Shown here one piece after another: positions 37,762-49,957 of a stretch of DNA of 64,000 bases. The DNA comes from Camelus dromedarius (Eukaryota). The stretch lies in the NCBI RefSeq assembly GCF_036321535.1, contig NC_087442.1, positions 29,512,001 to 29,576,000 of the forward strand. The letters run 5' to 3'. A program made the translations under genes and the position numbers. The notes beneath the pieces are model-generated. The model saw only the letters and a program-made list of their open reading frames with translations, searched no databases and had not been told where the DNA came from. How positions within the stretch are numbered: position 1 is the first letter of the stretch; each line of letters begins with the position of its first letter.

Positions 37762-38060
37762 CTGAGAAAGCCAATAGTGGAGACATTAACTTCATTAGGG
37801 TACAACGGATACTTTGCAGGGAGCAGTGGAACATAAAACCATTGTGCTGTATTTTACACTGATGCCTCATCCTTAGAGTGCTTCTTTACAATACATCTGA
37901 GTGAATGATGTCATCTGTGCTGTGCCTTTAAGTCACCACCTGCACCATTTTTGTAAGATTAGAGTTTAGCAATCAATTTGTCTCATGCAGAACCAGTTTC
38001 TCTCATACAGAAAAAGGAGAGGAAAGCAGACCAGTCCATTTCTGTAGTGATTGTCTAGGG

Positions 38061-38245
38061 TAGGCGTCGGCAAGCTTTCCTGTAAAGGGGCAGATAGTAA
38101 ATAGTTTTGGCTTTGTAAGTCACATGGTCTCTGTTGCAAATACCTGACTCGCCATTGCAGTGCAAAAGCAGCCACAGACAATAAGTGATTGAGTCTCAAT
38201 ACACTTTAACAAAACGGGCAGCAGGCCATAGCTTAGCAACCCCTG
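38061..38245. mobile_element. MER58A-like hAT MITE
   Basis: ggcaagctttcctgtaaaggggcagatagtaaatagttttggcttt...gcagccacagacaata...ggccatagcttagcaacccctg. Confidence 0.8.
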
Positions 38246-39022
38246 CACTAAAAGGATCTGAAGACCAATTGTTGTCTATGGTATATAAGTAGACTTTTTT
38301 TTCCGTATAATAGTTTCCAGTCATGTCCAGACACAGATCCCGAGGGCCTGACATTATTCAGCATTAACAAAGAGTTAACAACATTTAATTTATTAATCCG
38401 ATTAGTATTAGTGTCAGTGATAATAAACTTCTACAAATGCAATGCATTCCAAGACCTGGAAGTCCATCTGGACCAAAGAGAGATCAACACACACCAGGGA
38501 CAGAGAAAGATTTCTTGGCATTAGGACTGTTCTGAGTCTAATTGGCAGCGGTGCTCTCTCGTGAGGCAAGTTTATTGACAAGTATACTTAATCCATCACA
38601 GTTTGCAGTTAGATTTCATATAAACTGTCCCTTTAATTACCTCGTGGTCAGACTTCCAACAAAATCAACCGTATAGAACACTGCTCAGCATGGAGATTTA
38701 TGTTTAAAAAGGCTAAAATATTTCTGGCAATAATGTATCTTGCAGGAAAACCTTTCACTTGTGCATTGAAAGCTTATTAATTCCAATAAAAATTTGTAAT
38801 ATAGCTGGTTAACATTTTTCAGACTGCTACAAACTACAAGCAGAAATTTAGAAATGGGGGTAGAAAAGGCAAGCACCTCGACTTGATATGTGATACCTGT
38901 CAGCTAAGGTGGAGCCAGGAAAACTAGTATGAGGAGTATATTGAGTATATTTATGCCATAATTAGGGCTCTGGGTCATTAATAAAGTCTTAGTTTATGTT
39001 TGGAAGCATCCCCTGTTTCTTT

Positions 39023-39048
39023 TCTCTCTCTCTCTCTCTCTTTTTTTT
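39023..39048. repeat. (TC)9 followed by T8
   Basis: Direct read. Confidence 0.85.
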
Positions 39049-39692
39049 CAAAGAGGAGTAAATCAAACAAAGTTTAATAACATGTATACACGGAAGAGAC
39101 CCAGGAAAAGTAACCCCAACATTCCCAGCTTCTTAAACAGAGTATGCATTCCATTTTAAACAGATTTTCTCGATAACAGATAATATTTAATATATATTCT
39201 AGTATTAAAAGGGTGTAAGGATCACTTGTTCAGGTAGTTCATTTCTGTGGAATACCTCATGTACCAAAAATGCAGATAAACAAGGTATTATCACAATCAC
39301 AATTTTTAAATTTTCTGCTGGCACATTTTTCTCTTGTTTGTTTTATTTCATTTTTTAAATCTTTTTAATGGAAGTTGTGGTTAAAAAATAATTACAGTAA
39401 TGCCTCTGGGTAAAATGAGTCATTACTACTGTATGTGCCAACATGCTTCCAATAGTTTCCATAAATGTCACTTGCAAAACAAATATTATAAGCCAAACAT
39501 AGTTAAGTGATACTCAGGCTCATCCAAGAACCTAATTTCTCCTACACTTTTACTTATGAAGGCTCTCAGGGATAATTTCTGAGGAAATATTTCAGTAAGA
39601 ATTTAGATTAAACACATTTTCAGGAATAGACCCATAATTCCAGCAGTTGCTGATTTTTTTCACAAGGGAAAGGGTAAATCAACATTTTATTA

Positions 39693-39860
<168 letters not shown>

Positions 39861-41765
39861 TTAGTCCTGCATTACTTTTAATTGTGCAATATTATTTATT
39901 AAGCCCTTCATGATTTTCATTTCCTTTTTTTCTACATGCAAAAAGTGCATTGTTTCTTATACTTTTGCTTAACAATACCACTATGTGTGTCTATTTGTGA
40001 AATAGGTACTAGTAATATATTTCACCCAAAGATATAAGCACTATGATTATTTAATACATAGTAAAATATTTAGGTGATATAACTGTTATTAAAGGTTAAC
40101 ATAATAAACTATTCAACCATAGTGGAACCACTGAAAACAGGAGCAACATCTGCCTCATACAATAATCATTATTTTAAAGAATCAAGTAACATCTTTTAAA
40201 TATGAAAATAAAGTTTTACCCACATGAAGAAATGCAATAAAATAAGCTCCCTATATTCCAATAAACTGAAATGAGATAAAAATGTCACCATCAGAAATAA
40301 GATTAGAATTATAGAGTAAGGATTTCCCCCATTAGTCACAGGTTAATACTTATCCAGGTTGGCAGAAACTGAAAGGTAATTGCCCAAATGAAGCAAGTTC
40401 ACTCTGAGTCATTTCATCTAGTTCTCTCTGGTTTTAGCCACATCACTTTCCCAATGGTAGCCTTTCATCCAGTGGTAGTAATTTTCCCTAGAGGTGCCAA
40501 ACATCTGATAGCTGTGTAAGTCTTTCATTAATTAATTTGTCCAGCTGGCCAAGACTCCCTGAGTCCCTAGTATGTGAGTGTTGGGCAAGAGTCTACCCTC
40601 TTGTAATGCAAAGATGAATAAATAAAACCTTTGCTCTTGAAGGCTCACATTCTACTGGGGAAAAAAGCACATAAATAATACTTAATATTTATAGAATAAT
40701 TAGTGATTATTACTTCATAAGAGAGATAATTGCCATTCTTAGCACCTTTCATGATAAAAATATAAAATTTTAATTTTACAATATGTAGAATTAGAACATA
40801 ATTAGTGAAGCCACACACTCTAAAACTGGTGCAATTACTGGGATTGATAGGCTGGTAAAAGAACTATATATTACTCTGATGTGAAACAAGTTTGCAAACA
40901 GTGAAGCTGCTATTTGGGAAGGGGCGCATGCTAAGGATTAAGATCTGGAGTATGTGTTAGAGGAATGCATGGATGTCGTCACAGGAAAATGGGGAGGCCT
41001 TGTGAGCACACAAGGCAAATCATCCCATCAGCTGCTTCTGCCTCATGCTGGCTGCTGTCTGTGCTACCTCTTGCAGCACATATTGAATAAAAGGGATCAG
41101 AGGCCATTCAGTATTAAGGGTAAAAGCTTTTTAGAAAAAAAGGAAAGAGTGGAGTTCATTTCCTGGCTTCTAGTTGGTTTCTTTTCCTGCTCAGTATTTC
41201 CTCAAATCCTGTACGTGCTAGCTGTTATTGCTGCTCTGGCTGGCTTATTACAAATATTCATTCCCCTTTGTATAAAGAAATTGAAGTGCATTGTAGAGAT
41301 GATGATATATGTTGCTTCAGACCAAGGGAAAGCTATAAATTTCCTGTCTTCTGATGCTGTCAAGCACTGTATAAACTGCTATAAACCAGGACTTCATAGA
41401 GTCAGTCATTGTTCTCAGAGTAAAGAAAGACTGGAAAGAGATATGAGTAAAATATTAGAATTTAGAGGAATGATTTTTAGAAGGAAGTACAAGGCAACTT
41501 TCAAGGAATTATAGTTGTCATTATGAAAAAGGTGAGGAAGGAATGTGGTTTATTTCTAATATGTTTGGGAGATTATCAACTTGTCTCCATGCACCGGGGC
41601 AAATCCCCATGGATGTGATCTGCAGGGCTGTATTTCTGAGGAACAGAAGTCAAGTGCACTTGTTATCACTGCTCTGTCAGTTGCTTTTGCCATTGTCTAA
41701 TTCCTAATCTGCAAAGGCAGAAGATAAAATGCTTACTGGAAAATCTGAGTGGAAAACACTGTTTA

Positions 41766-42022
<257 letters not shown>

Positions 42023-45006
42023 CTGCAAGATAAAGCAAAAATATTAGAAGCAATAGTGAAATCTCAGTGGGGACAGCAACAGGGGCAGCAAATTAAATTA
42101 ATAACAAAACCAAATTTTAAATTGAAATTGAAAGAAATGGTAGTTGCATCACTGAATGAGGGTAGGAAGAAACTTTACAAAGGAACTGGTTTAATAAAAT
42201 AAGTTGGGAGAAGAAATGGGTCTATGTGTGTGAGTGTGTGTATTTATATATATATTTTAAAAATTTATTGATTTTCTTTTAAGTATATTAAGCAGTAACT
42301 TTGAAAGCTTGTTTACCTTCTTCACTTCCTTAGACACTTCTCTTTTTACATGTAACAAAAAGTCAAGCTTGTTTTTTTAATATACTATATCCTCAAGAAA
42401 GCAAAGGAGCAAAAGAAGTCAAGCAACTGCCTTGTCTCACAACAATCCAACTCAAACATAATAAGATGAAGAAGATGCCTTTTGAGAGACTAGTGTTTAT
42501 TAATGGAATTAATTAGTGTTGCTCAAAACCCACGTGGATTCCTGGCCAAAGAAAAATATGTGTAGTGAAATGTTATATATTTAATATATATATGGATACA
42601 CACACATACACACAAATGATTAGAAATATATAATGGCTAAAATTTCAGAACTGGAAACTCTTCACGTTAGTGGTAAATTCTCCATTGTGGTGATGCAGCA
42701 GATTAAGTGCTACTGCTATTTAGAGAAAGCAGATTAGAATTGGGTTAGTGTGCCATTTGTATTGCTTAGTTGATGGCGTTTGGAAAGAGATCAGATCAAC
42801 ATTCCTTGTAAATTGATCTTTATAACCAAAACTCTGTAAGAGTCTCAGGCAAGCTTCTCTTTTGCTAGGTGAAGCTTTTCCATTTCAGGGATGGGGAACT
42901 GAGGGGCTGAGAATAAATTTCTTATTGCCAAATAGGGCAGAGGGCCACCAGTTGCTTTGCCCTTTCCACTGGGAATCCATACATGTCAAGGAGAGGGCAT
43001 TATATCTGCAGCAACGGACCTGAAGATAAACTGGGCTGCTTATTGAAATGTATTAGTATATAACACAGGGTGAGGGGAAAGGCTTATGTGGGGTGCAGTC
43101 CCCATTAGCACCAAAAGATAATATTGTTTGTCTGCAAAAGAGTAGGAAAATCAGAACTTAGGAGAAGGGCATAAAAAGAAAGTTGATGGTACCCTGACTA
43201 TTCCTAATTCTACCTAAGCATTTTTAGTATTTTTCACATTGGACAGCTGGGTTAATACATCAATTTGGCTGGAGCAGTAAATCTCAACCGTGGTTCCAGA
43301 AAAGCTTTCGGATCACCTATAGTTAGAGTAATCACTAGCTGGAAACTAGACAGATGCAACCTTAAAGAAAGGATGCAGAATATCTTGGGAGTGCATGAGA
43401 TACTGGATGGTGAGGGAAGAAAAGAGTCTCGCTGGGTGTCTGTTCCTTTAATCCCAGAATCAGGTTTTCCAGATCTTCCCCAGGGGATGGAAATGCAGAT
43501 GAACCTCTCTAAACTCGGTTCCTTCACCTTCACTTCTCAAACCTTTGCACCAAGAGATCAGGGTTCTAAATTCTCAGAGGTGCAGAAATTGAGGGAAATC
43601 CTTGATGAGGCACAGGAAAAAAAGACCTCTGGCATAGAAATTCTGTTGACCTTTGGGTTAAGTTCAAACATGTGCACAAACCAATTTAAGTCATCAGTGT
43701 GTGATTCTGGTATAAGAGACAGAGAATTCTAGATCTGGATGAAAGACTGTCAAGGAAGCAGACCCCACCACATAAAGAGAGAGCTCTGTAGGTGCCTCTT
43801 TGTTAGGTGCTGGCTGTCCATTTCCTCATTCTTTTCTCTGGATGGCCTTCTTTTGCCTATTTTGTTTTTACATGTCTCCAAGGAGTAGGTTCAATGTAGG
43901 AAAGAGGGTGAAACTCAAGTTTCTTACCAATGATGACAGGTCTGGTGAGTAATGAGGTTGGAGGAAGATTAAGTATGCTTCTTTAAAAATAATTACTTGT
44001 GAATTTTAATGATCTCAGATTAGAGCTATTAAATGTGAATATGAAATAATAATTAGGTCTAAATTTCAAAATTATAAACTGGATTTGATTTGTTCATGTG
44101 TTTAAGTGCTTGGATTCTTAAAGGTGAATGGAGTCATGTGGGAAAAGACAACATTAACAGTGTCTACAGAACATCTCTACAGAACCAACATAAACTTCAA
44201 AAAGTAAGAGGCAGTAAGTGTGGAAAAAGTTAAAATTTTAAGGCCTCATTGCTCTTGTACTTGTTTTGATGAGCAACTTCTAAGTTTTCCAGTATCCTTA
44301 ACCATCTGTGACTCATTTTTTTTGTCCAATGGTAAATATTCAACCAGGAAAATGCTTGGACTTGACTCACGTCCTGTAGCTTCTAAAGATAATGGAGCAG
44401 ATACAATACAGAAATTTTGCTTTTATGAGGAGATTTTAAATAAAACAATGTGAAATGCTCTGGCTAACCAGACCATTATTAAACCTGGTGTTTTGCAAAG
44501 CAGATGATGTTAACCCCTCCTTTTAAAATAGCATAATTGAACGTTTTTATTGGATAATACCCAAAATATATTCAAGTTCTCAGATGCTGTGGGTAAAAGG
44601 CTGAGTACTAACAGTTCACTGAGAATCCTTCAAAGGCATGCTAAAGGTATAATTTAAATGTTTGAGGATCAACATGTTAAAAAAATGTAGCAGTACCAGG
44701 TTCTATTTAGAGAAAAATAAGTTTTATATTTTAATTCTTTCTGGGTTGTTAAAGAGAGCTTCACAATTTCTTAGCATTGCACTCAGATGATAAACACCTT
44801 ACCTTTGTGCAAATGATTTTAAAATGAACTTCTTTTTTGTGAGAACAGAGTGTAAAGGCTCTAAAAATCTCATATAATATATATATGAGTTCATTTTAAA
44901 ATTAAGAACCATATAATTCTGTGTCAAATTAAATACTTCTTTGGCCAAAGTAGAGATAAATACTTCTTTCATATGTTTATGAAACTATAAAGGCAAAACC
45001 CAAAAT

Positions 45007-45242
45007 NNNNNNNNNNNNNNNNNNNNNNNNNNNNNNNNNNNNNNNNNNNNNNNNNNNNNNNNNNNNNNNNNNNNNNNNNNNNNNNNNNNNNNNNNNNNNN
45101 NNNNNNNNNNNNNNNNNNNNNNNNNNNNNNNNNNNNNNNNNNNNNNNNNNNNNNNNNNNNNNNNNNNNNNNNNNNNNNNNNNNNNNNNNNNNNNNNNNNN
45201 NNNNNNNNNNNNNNNNNNNNNNNNNNNNNNNNNNNNNNNNNN
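45007..45242. other. N-run, 236 nt (expected site of exon 14)
   Basis: Direct read. Confidence 0.99.
45076..45216 (-). CDS. MET: MET exon 14 (juxtamembrane) - inferred only, entirely inside an N-run; coordinates approximate
   Basis: No bases visible. Flanks resemble the end of human intron 13 and the start of intron 14 as recalled; the 236-N run fits ~26 nt acceptor + 141 nt exon + ~69 nt intron. Exon 13 ends and exon 15 starts in compatible phase. Confidence 0.55.
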
Positions 45243-45413
45243 CGTTAAAGACTTGGCTATCATGGGTCCCAGTAGACTTTGACCTAGTAACCAGAACTCA
45301 TGGGTTTTATGGATTGCATATAAAACTGCACACATGAATCTACGACAATTTTTAACTGTAATGACCGTATTCTTAAGGCAACTCCTTAAAACAAACAATA
45401 ACAAAAAATGCAC

Positions 45414-45567
45414 CTTTAATTTGCTTTCTCTTTTTCAGCCACAGGAAAAGCCCGAGTGATAAGAGTATTATTGATATTAAGACAACACCAACAATCAATC
45501 CTGTGAAATTCTGATCTGGTTGAACTATTACTTTTCCAAGGACGGTTGAAGAAACTGCTTGCTTCCA
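45414..45567 (-). CDS. MET: MET exon 13 (stalk + transmembrane helix), 154 nt
   Basis: tag|TGGAAG...AAAG|gtgcat; [51 protein letters not shown]. Confidence 0.97.
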
Positions 45568-46242
45568 CTAAAAACGACAAACAAAAGTCAGAATTTAGCC
45601 ATGATAGATACAAAATACACTACACAGTTGAATCACAGTCTGCCTTTTTATTACTGTTCTAGAAGTGGTATAACTGCCTTCAGATTAATAAGACATTCCT
45701 CAATTCTGCTTCTGTGCTCAAATAATTAGGGGCTACTGATCACTGAAATACTCACATGATGTTTAGGTATGTGTACTTGCAACTACGTATTAGAGATAAA
45801 ATAATAAAAATCAGTCTCTGTTTTCAAGGAACTGGAGTATAAAAGGATAAAAGGGAGACAAACACAAAAATAAATGATTACAGTACAATGTGATTAGTAC
45901 TGCAGAAGTATGAACATATAATAAGGAACAGAGACAACAGGATATTAATTCAGTCCTAGAAGGTAGGGTAGATGGTAGAGGGGACTCCTCATAAGAGGTA
46001 AATAATCGTATTATTATTATGGGATAATAAAAGTCTCAGAATATTTTAATTTCAGCTTTAATACATAGAAGAAATCTTTGAAGACCCTTCTGGCTCTAAC
46101 ATGGTATGATTTTTAGGATTTATGATCCTTCTGAATTCCAAACTCTGATCCCATGATTCAGCTTTAGATTCTTAATTCTTTTCATACTTTCTCATTTCAT
46201 AACTTTTTGGAAGGCTTCAGGAACCCTTTAAAAATCATACCT

Positions 46243-46765
46243 TCTTGGATAAACAAAATGTGGTGTACCTACACAGTGGACNNNNNNNNNNNNNNNNNNN
46301 NNNNNNNNNNNNNNNNNNNNNNNNNNNNNNNNNNNNNNNNNNNNNNNNNNNNNNNNNNNNNNNNNNNNNNNNNNNNNNNNNNNNNNNNNNNNNNNNNNNN
46401 NNNNNNNNNNNNNNNNNNNNNNNNNNNNNNNNNNNNNNNNNNNNNNNNNNNNNTTACTAAGGGCTGGGAAGAGGAGGGAGTGTGACAGTACTATTTAGTG
46501 GTTCCAGAGTTTCTGTTTTGGGTAATGAAAAAGTTTTGGAATTAGTTAGTGGTGACGGTTACACAACATTATGAATGTAATTAATGCCACTGAATTGTAT
46601 GCTAAAAAATGGTTAAAATGGCAAATTTTATGTTATATGTATTTTACCATGATTAAAAAAAATTAGTAGTGTAATACACCTAAAACCATTGAATTGTATA
46701 CCGTAAATGTGTAAATTGTATGGTACGTGAGTTAATCTCAATAAAGCTGTTAAAAAAATGAAAAA
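46243..46765 (+). mobile_element. L1MB-type 3' end (antisense to MET), with N-run
   Basis: ggataaacaaaatgtgg...gagtttctgttttgggtaatgaaaaagttttggaa...aatgccactgaattgta...ctcaataaagctgtt. Confidence 0.85.
46282..46453. other. N-run, 172 nt (in L1MB)
   Basis: Direct read. Confidence 0.99.
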
Positions 46766-47149
46766 AAATCACTCACTCTGGTTCCCAGTTATCTGATTTA
46801 GCTGTTTACATGAAAGAAGTGACTGTAAAATAGCTTAATTCTCATTTTACTTCATCCAGTGCATACATATTCTTTTACTTATGGATCCATGCATTTGAGG
46901 TCACTATGGAGGGCAATACTGTGTCGGCTCTGGCCTCCTGGGGTGGTGAGATGTGGAGAAAGGGCACTCTTGAATGTGTCCTTATCCCTCCTGAGCATTA
47001 TAGCAAATTTTGCCAAGAGTATGGTATGATGGAGAGGGAGTAAGGCTACCAAGGACTTTTGAGATCTACCCTGTGAAGCTTGGGAAGGAGTCAGTGCAAC
47101 AAAAAATTCACTATTTCTAAAACAACAACTAAGAATCAAGGCTGAGCTG

Positions 47150-47260
47150 ATGAGCCAAAGCCAACAGACAAATGAGCTTTAATGATTTATTTTAAGCCTG
47201 TAGTGACATAATTACTCTGGCATCTTTATTTACATCATGAGAGGAAAGCAAGAATCCCAC
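47150..47260 (-). terminator. Intronic poly(A) cassette in MET intron 12
   Basis: AATAAA at 47225-47230 and 47186-47191, ATTAAA at 47178-47183, upstream TGTA, downstream TTTGTCTGTTGGCTTTGG; in-frame TAA at 47192-47194. Confidence 0.7.
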
Positions 47261-47407
47261 CTCTATATTTAGCTCGCTGTTCAATTTCAGCAGGTCATTG
47301 GGGACCGTACATAAAACGGCTTCAGAATGCGAGTGTATATTCTCACAGCTCTTATTCCCAACTTTTAACACTTCACCTTTAACTGCTTCAGGATCAATAT
47401 CATTTCC
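47261..47407 (-). CDS. MET: MET exon 12 (IPT4), 147 nt
   Basis: cag|GGAAAT...GAG|gtggga; [49 protein letters not shown]. Confidence 0.98.
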
Positions 47408-47774
47408 CTGAAAGAAAAAAAAAAAGAGATTGTTAACACTTCACAATTTTGCAGGAATGCAAACAATTGTGAAGGAATATAAATACACTGCAAACATAGG
47501 CCTTGTTGTTTGCCAAGCCATGTGATTTTCTGATACTCATTTTCATGGGAATTTGGATGGCTGAAAGACAGCATGACCATTTCAGGGTGCTAATTAGCCA
47601 AGAATCATAGCATATAGCTTTTGCATCAAATTGAAATTCAGAGAAAAGGAAATAGATTCTTGGTTTACACCTTTACGTCGAATGATCTTATTTATAATCA
47701 CCTTATTAATGTTTTCAGGGGGCATTGATGGTTGGCAAAAGGGAAACAATTTAGAGATTCAGCTGTTGAGCTGT

Positions 47775-47885
47775 CTAATGCAGGGATACCCAGCTTTCGC
47801 TTCACTTCTAGAATCACACTGAGGGCTTTATAAACTAGTGATGCCTGGGTCCCATCTCCAGAGATTCTGATATAATTGATCTATG
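47775..47885. mobile_element. MER5-like relic (approximate)
   Basis: tagaatcacactgagggctttataaac...gatgcctgggtcccatctccagagattctgat. Confidence 0.5.
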
Positions 47886-48984
47886 TCAATAAATTCCTTT
47901 TGTTGTTTTGAGTTGAGCAGTTTCTTTTCATCCATCTTGCACAGTTGGATCCTATACATAAATGAATCCATTTTTAAAGAAATTCTCATAAGACACCGTA
48001 TGACCCTCATTATGATTTGAGAACATGATTCCATTATTTTGAAAAATTCTACATAACTACATGAGGTCTTTAAAAACATTATTCAATTTGATATATCTAG
48101 TTAACTGAAGTTACCATTAGGCATTTAAAATATCAACGTTTTGTTGAAGAAACCACTAATTAGCCTTGGGAAAGAAGTGAAAAGAGAGGTACAATTTCTC
48201 ATGAAGACTTAACGAGTAGGGTTATTAATTAAAAAGTCATTACTTTGAGGAGAGAGATATTAAAACATATTAGTATTTTTCTTAGGGACAAAGAGCATCC
48301 AATAATAACTACACTACTACTACTTTGTTCCTACTTTGTTTTATATGATCTTTAATACTTGGCAAACTGCTTTTACATACATTGTCTCATATGTATCTCA
48401 ATAGATTGGCAAGTTAGATATTATCCCGGGAAAAGAAGTTGGAAGAAAATACTTCTTTCTAACATGAATTTGGAGCTTAAGAAAAAACAGATACAGACAA
48501 ACTCTATCCTTATGATATTTCTAGAGGCAATATGTGTACCCCTTTGAACCAGGTCACTACACAGGGCAAGTCAACGTAGAAGCACATAAATCTAATCGGT
48601 CACTTTGGGGCTTCAAATGACAACTTGTTGGTTAGGTCTGAGAAGGGCTAAGGCACTGGCTCACATATTGCAGGGAATTCAGGGAATGACAAAGGAAAGA
48701 GATTAAAGAGCTTGAGGCCTTGATTTATGAGGGAATGACTAAAATGTGTCTTGCTTGCTTAGATAATAATGAAGGCTGGGGGAAGGGATGAACATACTGA
48801 ATTTACACTTCTAATACTTTTAGGCTCAGGGTTGCCTAGGATGATGCATAAAAGCGTCTTTAAAACAAAAACAGATTACACAGCTGAACAACGAAATCCC
48901 TTTTCATTTGTGCCTACTAAGAAATACATGATAATTAGTGACTTACATAAGAAATTATTAGCTTTGTGTGTTTAGTGATAATTT

Positions 48985-49957
48985 TATTTTATTTTAAAAT
49001 CTTTATCATTTTTTAATTGAAGTATAGTCAGTTACAATGTGTCAATTTCTGGTGTACAGCACAATGTTTCAGTCATACATATATACATACATCTATTTGT
49101 TTTCATATTCTTTTTCATTATAGGTTATTATAAGACATTGAATGTAGTTCCCTGTGCTATATAGAAAAAAATTTTTTATATATTTTATATATAGTAGTTA
49201 ATATCTGCAAATCACAAACTCCCAATTTATCCCTTCTCCCCTCCTTCCCCACCTCTTTTCCCGGTAACCATAAGATTGTTTACTATGTCTGTGAGTCTGT
49301 TTCTGTTTTGTAGATAAGTTCATTAGTGTCTTCTTTTTTCTTTAGATTTCACATTTNNNNNNNNNNNNNNNNNNNNNNNNNNNNNNNNNNNNNNNNNNNN
49401 NNNNNNNNNNNNNNNNNNNNNNNNNNNNNNNNNNNNNNNNNNNNNNNNNNNNNNNNNNNNNNNNNNNNNNNNNNNNNNNNNNNNNNNNNNNNNNNNNNNN
49501 NNNNNNNNNNNNNNNNNNNNNNNNNNNNNNNNNNNNNNNNNNNNNNNNNNNNNNNNNNNNNNNNNNNNNNNNNNNNNNNNNNNNNNNNNNNNNNNNNNNN
49601 NNNNNNNNNNNNNNNNNNNNNNNNNNNNNNNNNNNNNNNNNNNNNNNNNNNTCAGTCATCTGCCCATTTTTGGATTGGGTTGCTTGTTTTTTTGTTATTT
49701 ACAAAGTTGTATGAGCTGTTTATATTCCGGAAATTAAACCTTTGTCAGTTGCATCATTTGCAAATATTTTCTCCTATTCCGTAAGTTGTCATTTTGTTTT
49801 GCCTATGGTTTACTTTGCTGTGCAAAAGCTTATTAGTTTAATTAGGTCTCATTTGTTAATTTTTGCTTTTATTTCTATTGCCTGGATAGACTTCCTTAGG
49901 AGAACATTGCTAAGATTTATGCCAGAAAATGTTTTGCCTATGTTTTCTTCTAGGAGG
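48985..49957 (-). mobile_element. Young camelid-type L1, 5'-truncated, sense to MET, in intron 11
   Basis: attgaagtatagtcagttacaatgtgtcaatttctggtgtacagcacaatg tail; ORF2 3' wording; TSD tagtgat(a/t)attt at 48973-48984 and 49958-49969. Confidence 0.88.
49357..49651. other. N-run, 295 nt (in young L1)
   Basis: Direct read. Confidence 0.99.

Noticed and set aside
43265-43732. 155-aa antisense ORF in intron 14
   Set aside because: Non-ATG start, no recognisable domain, length within chance expectation, and the opposite-strand ORF is equally meaningless.
45007-45242. Natural loss of MET exon 14
   Set aside because: The site is an N-run whose length fits the exon plus flanks; absence of bases is not evidence of deletion.
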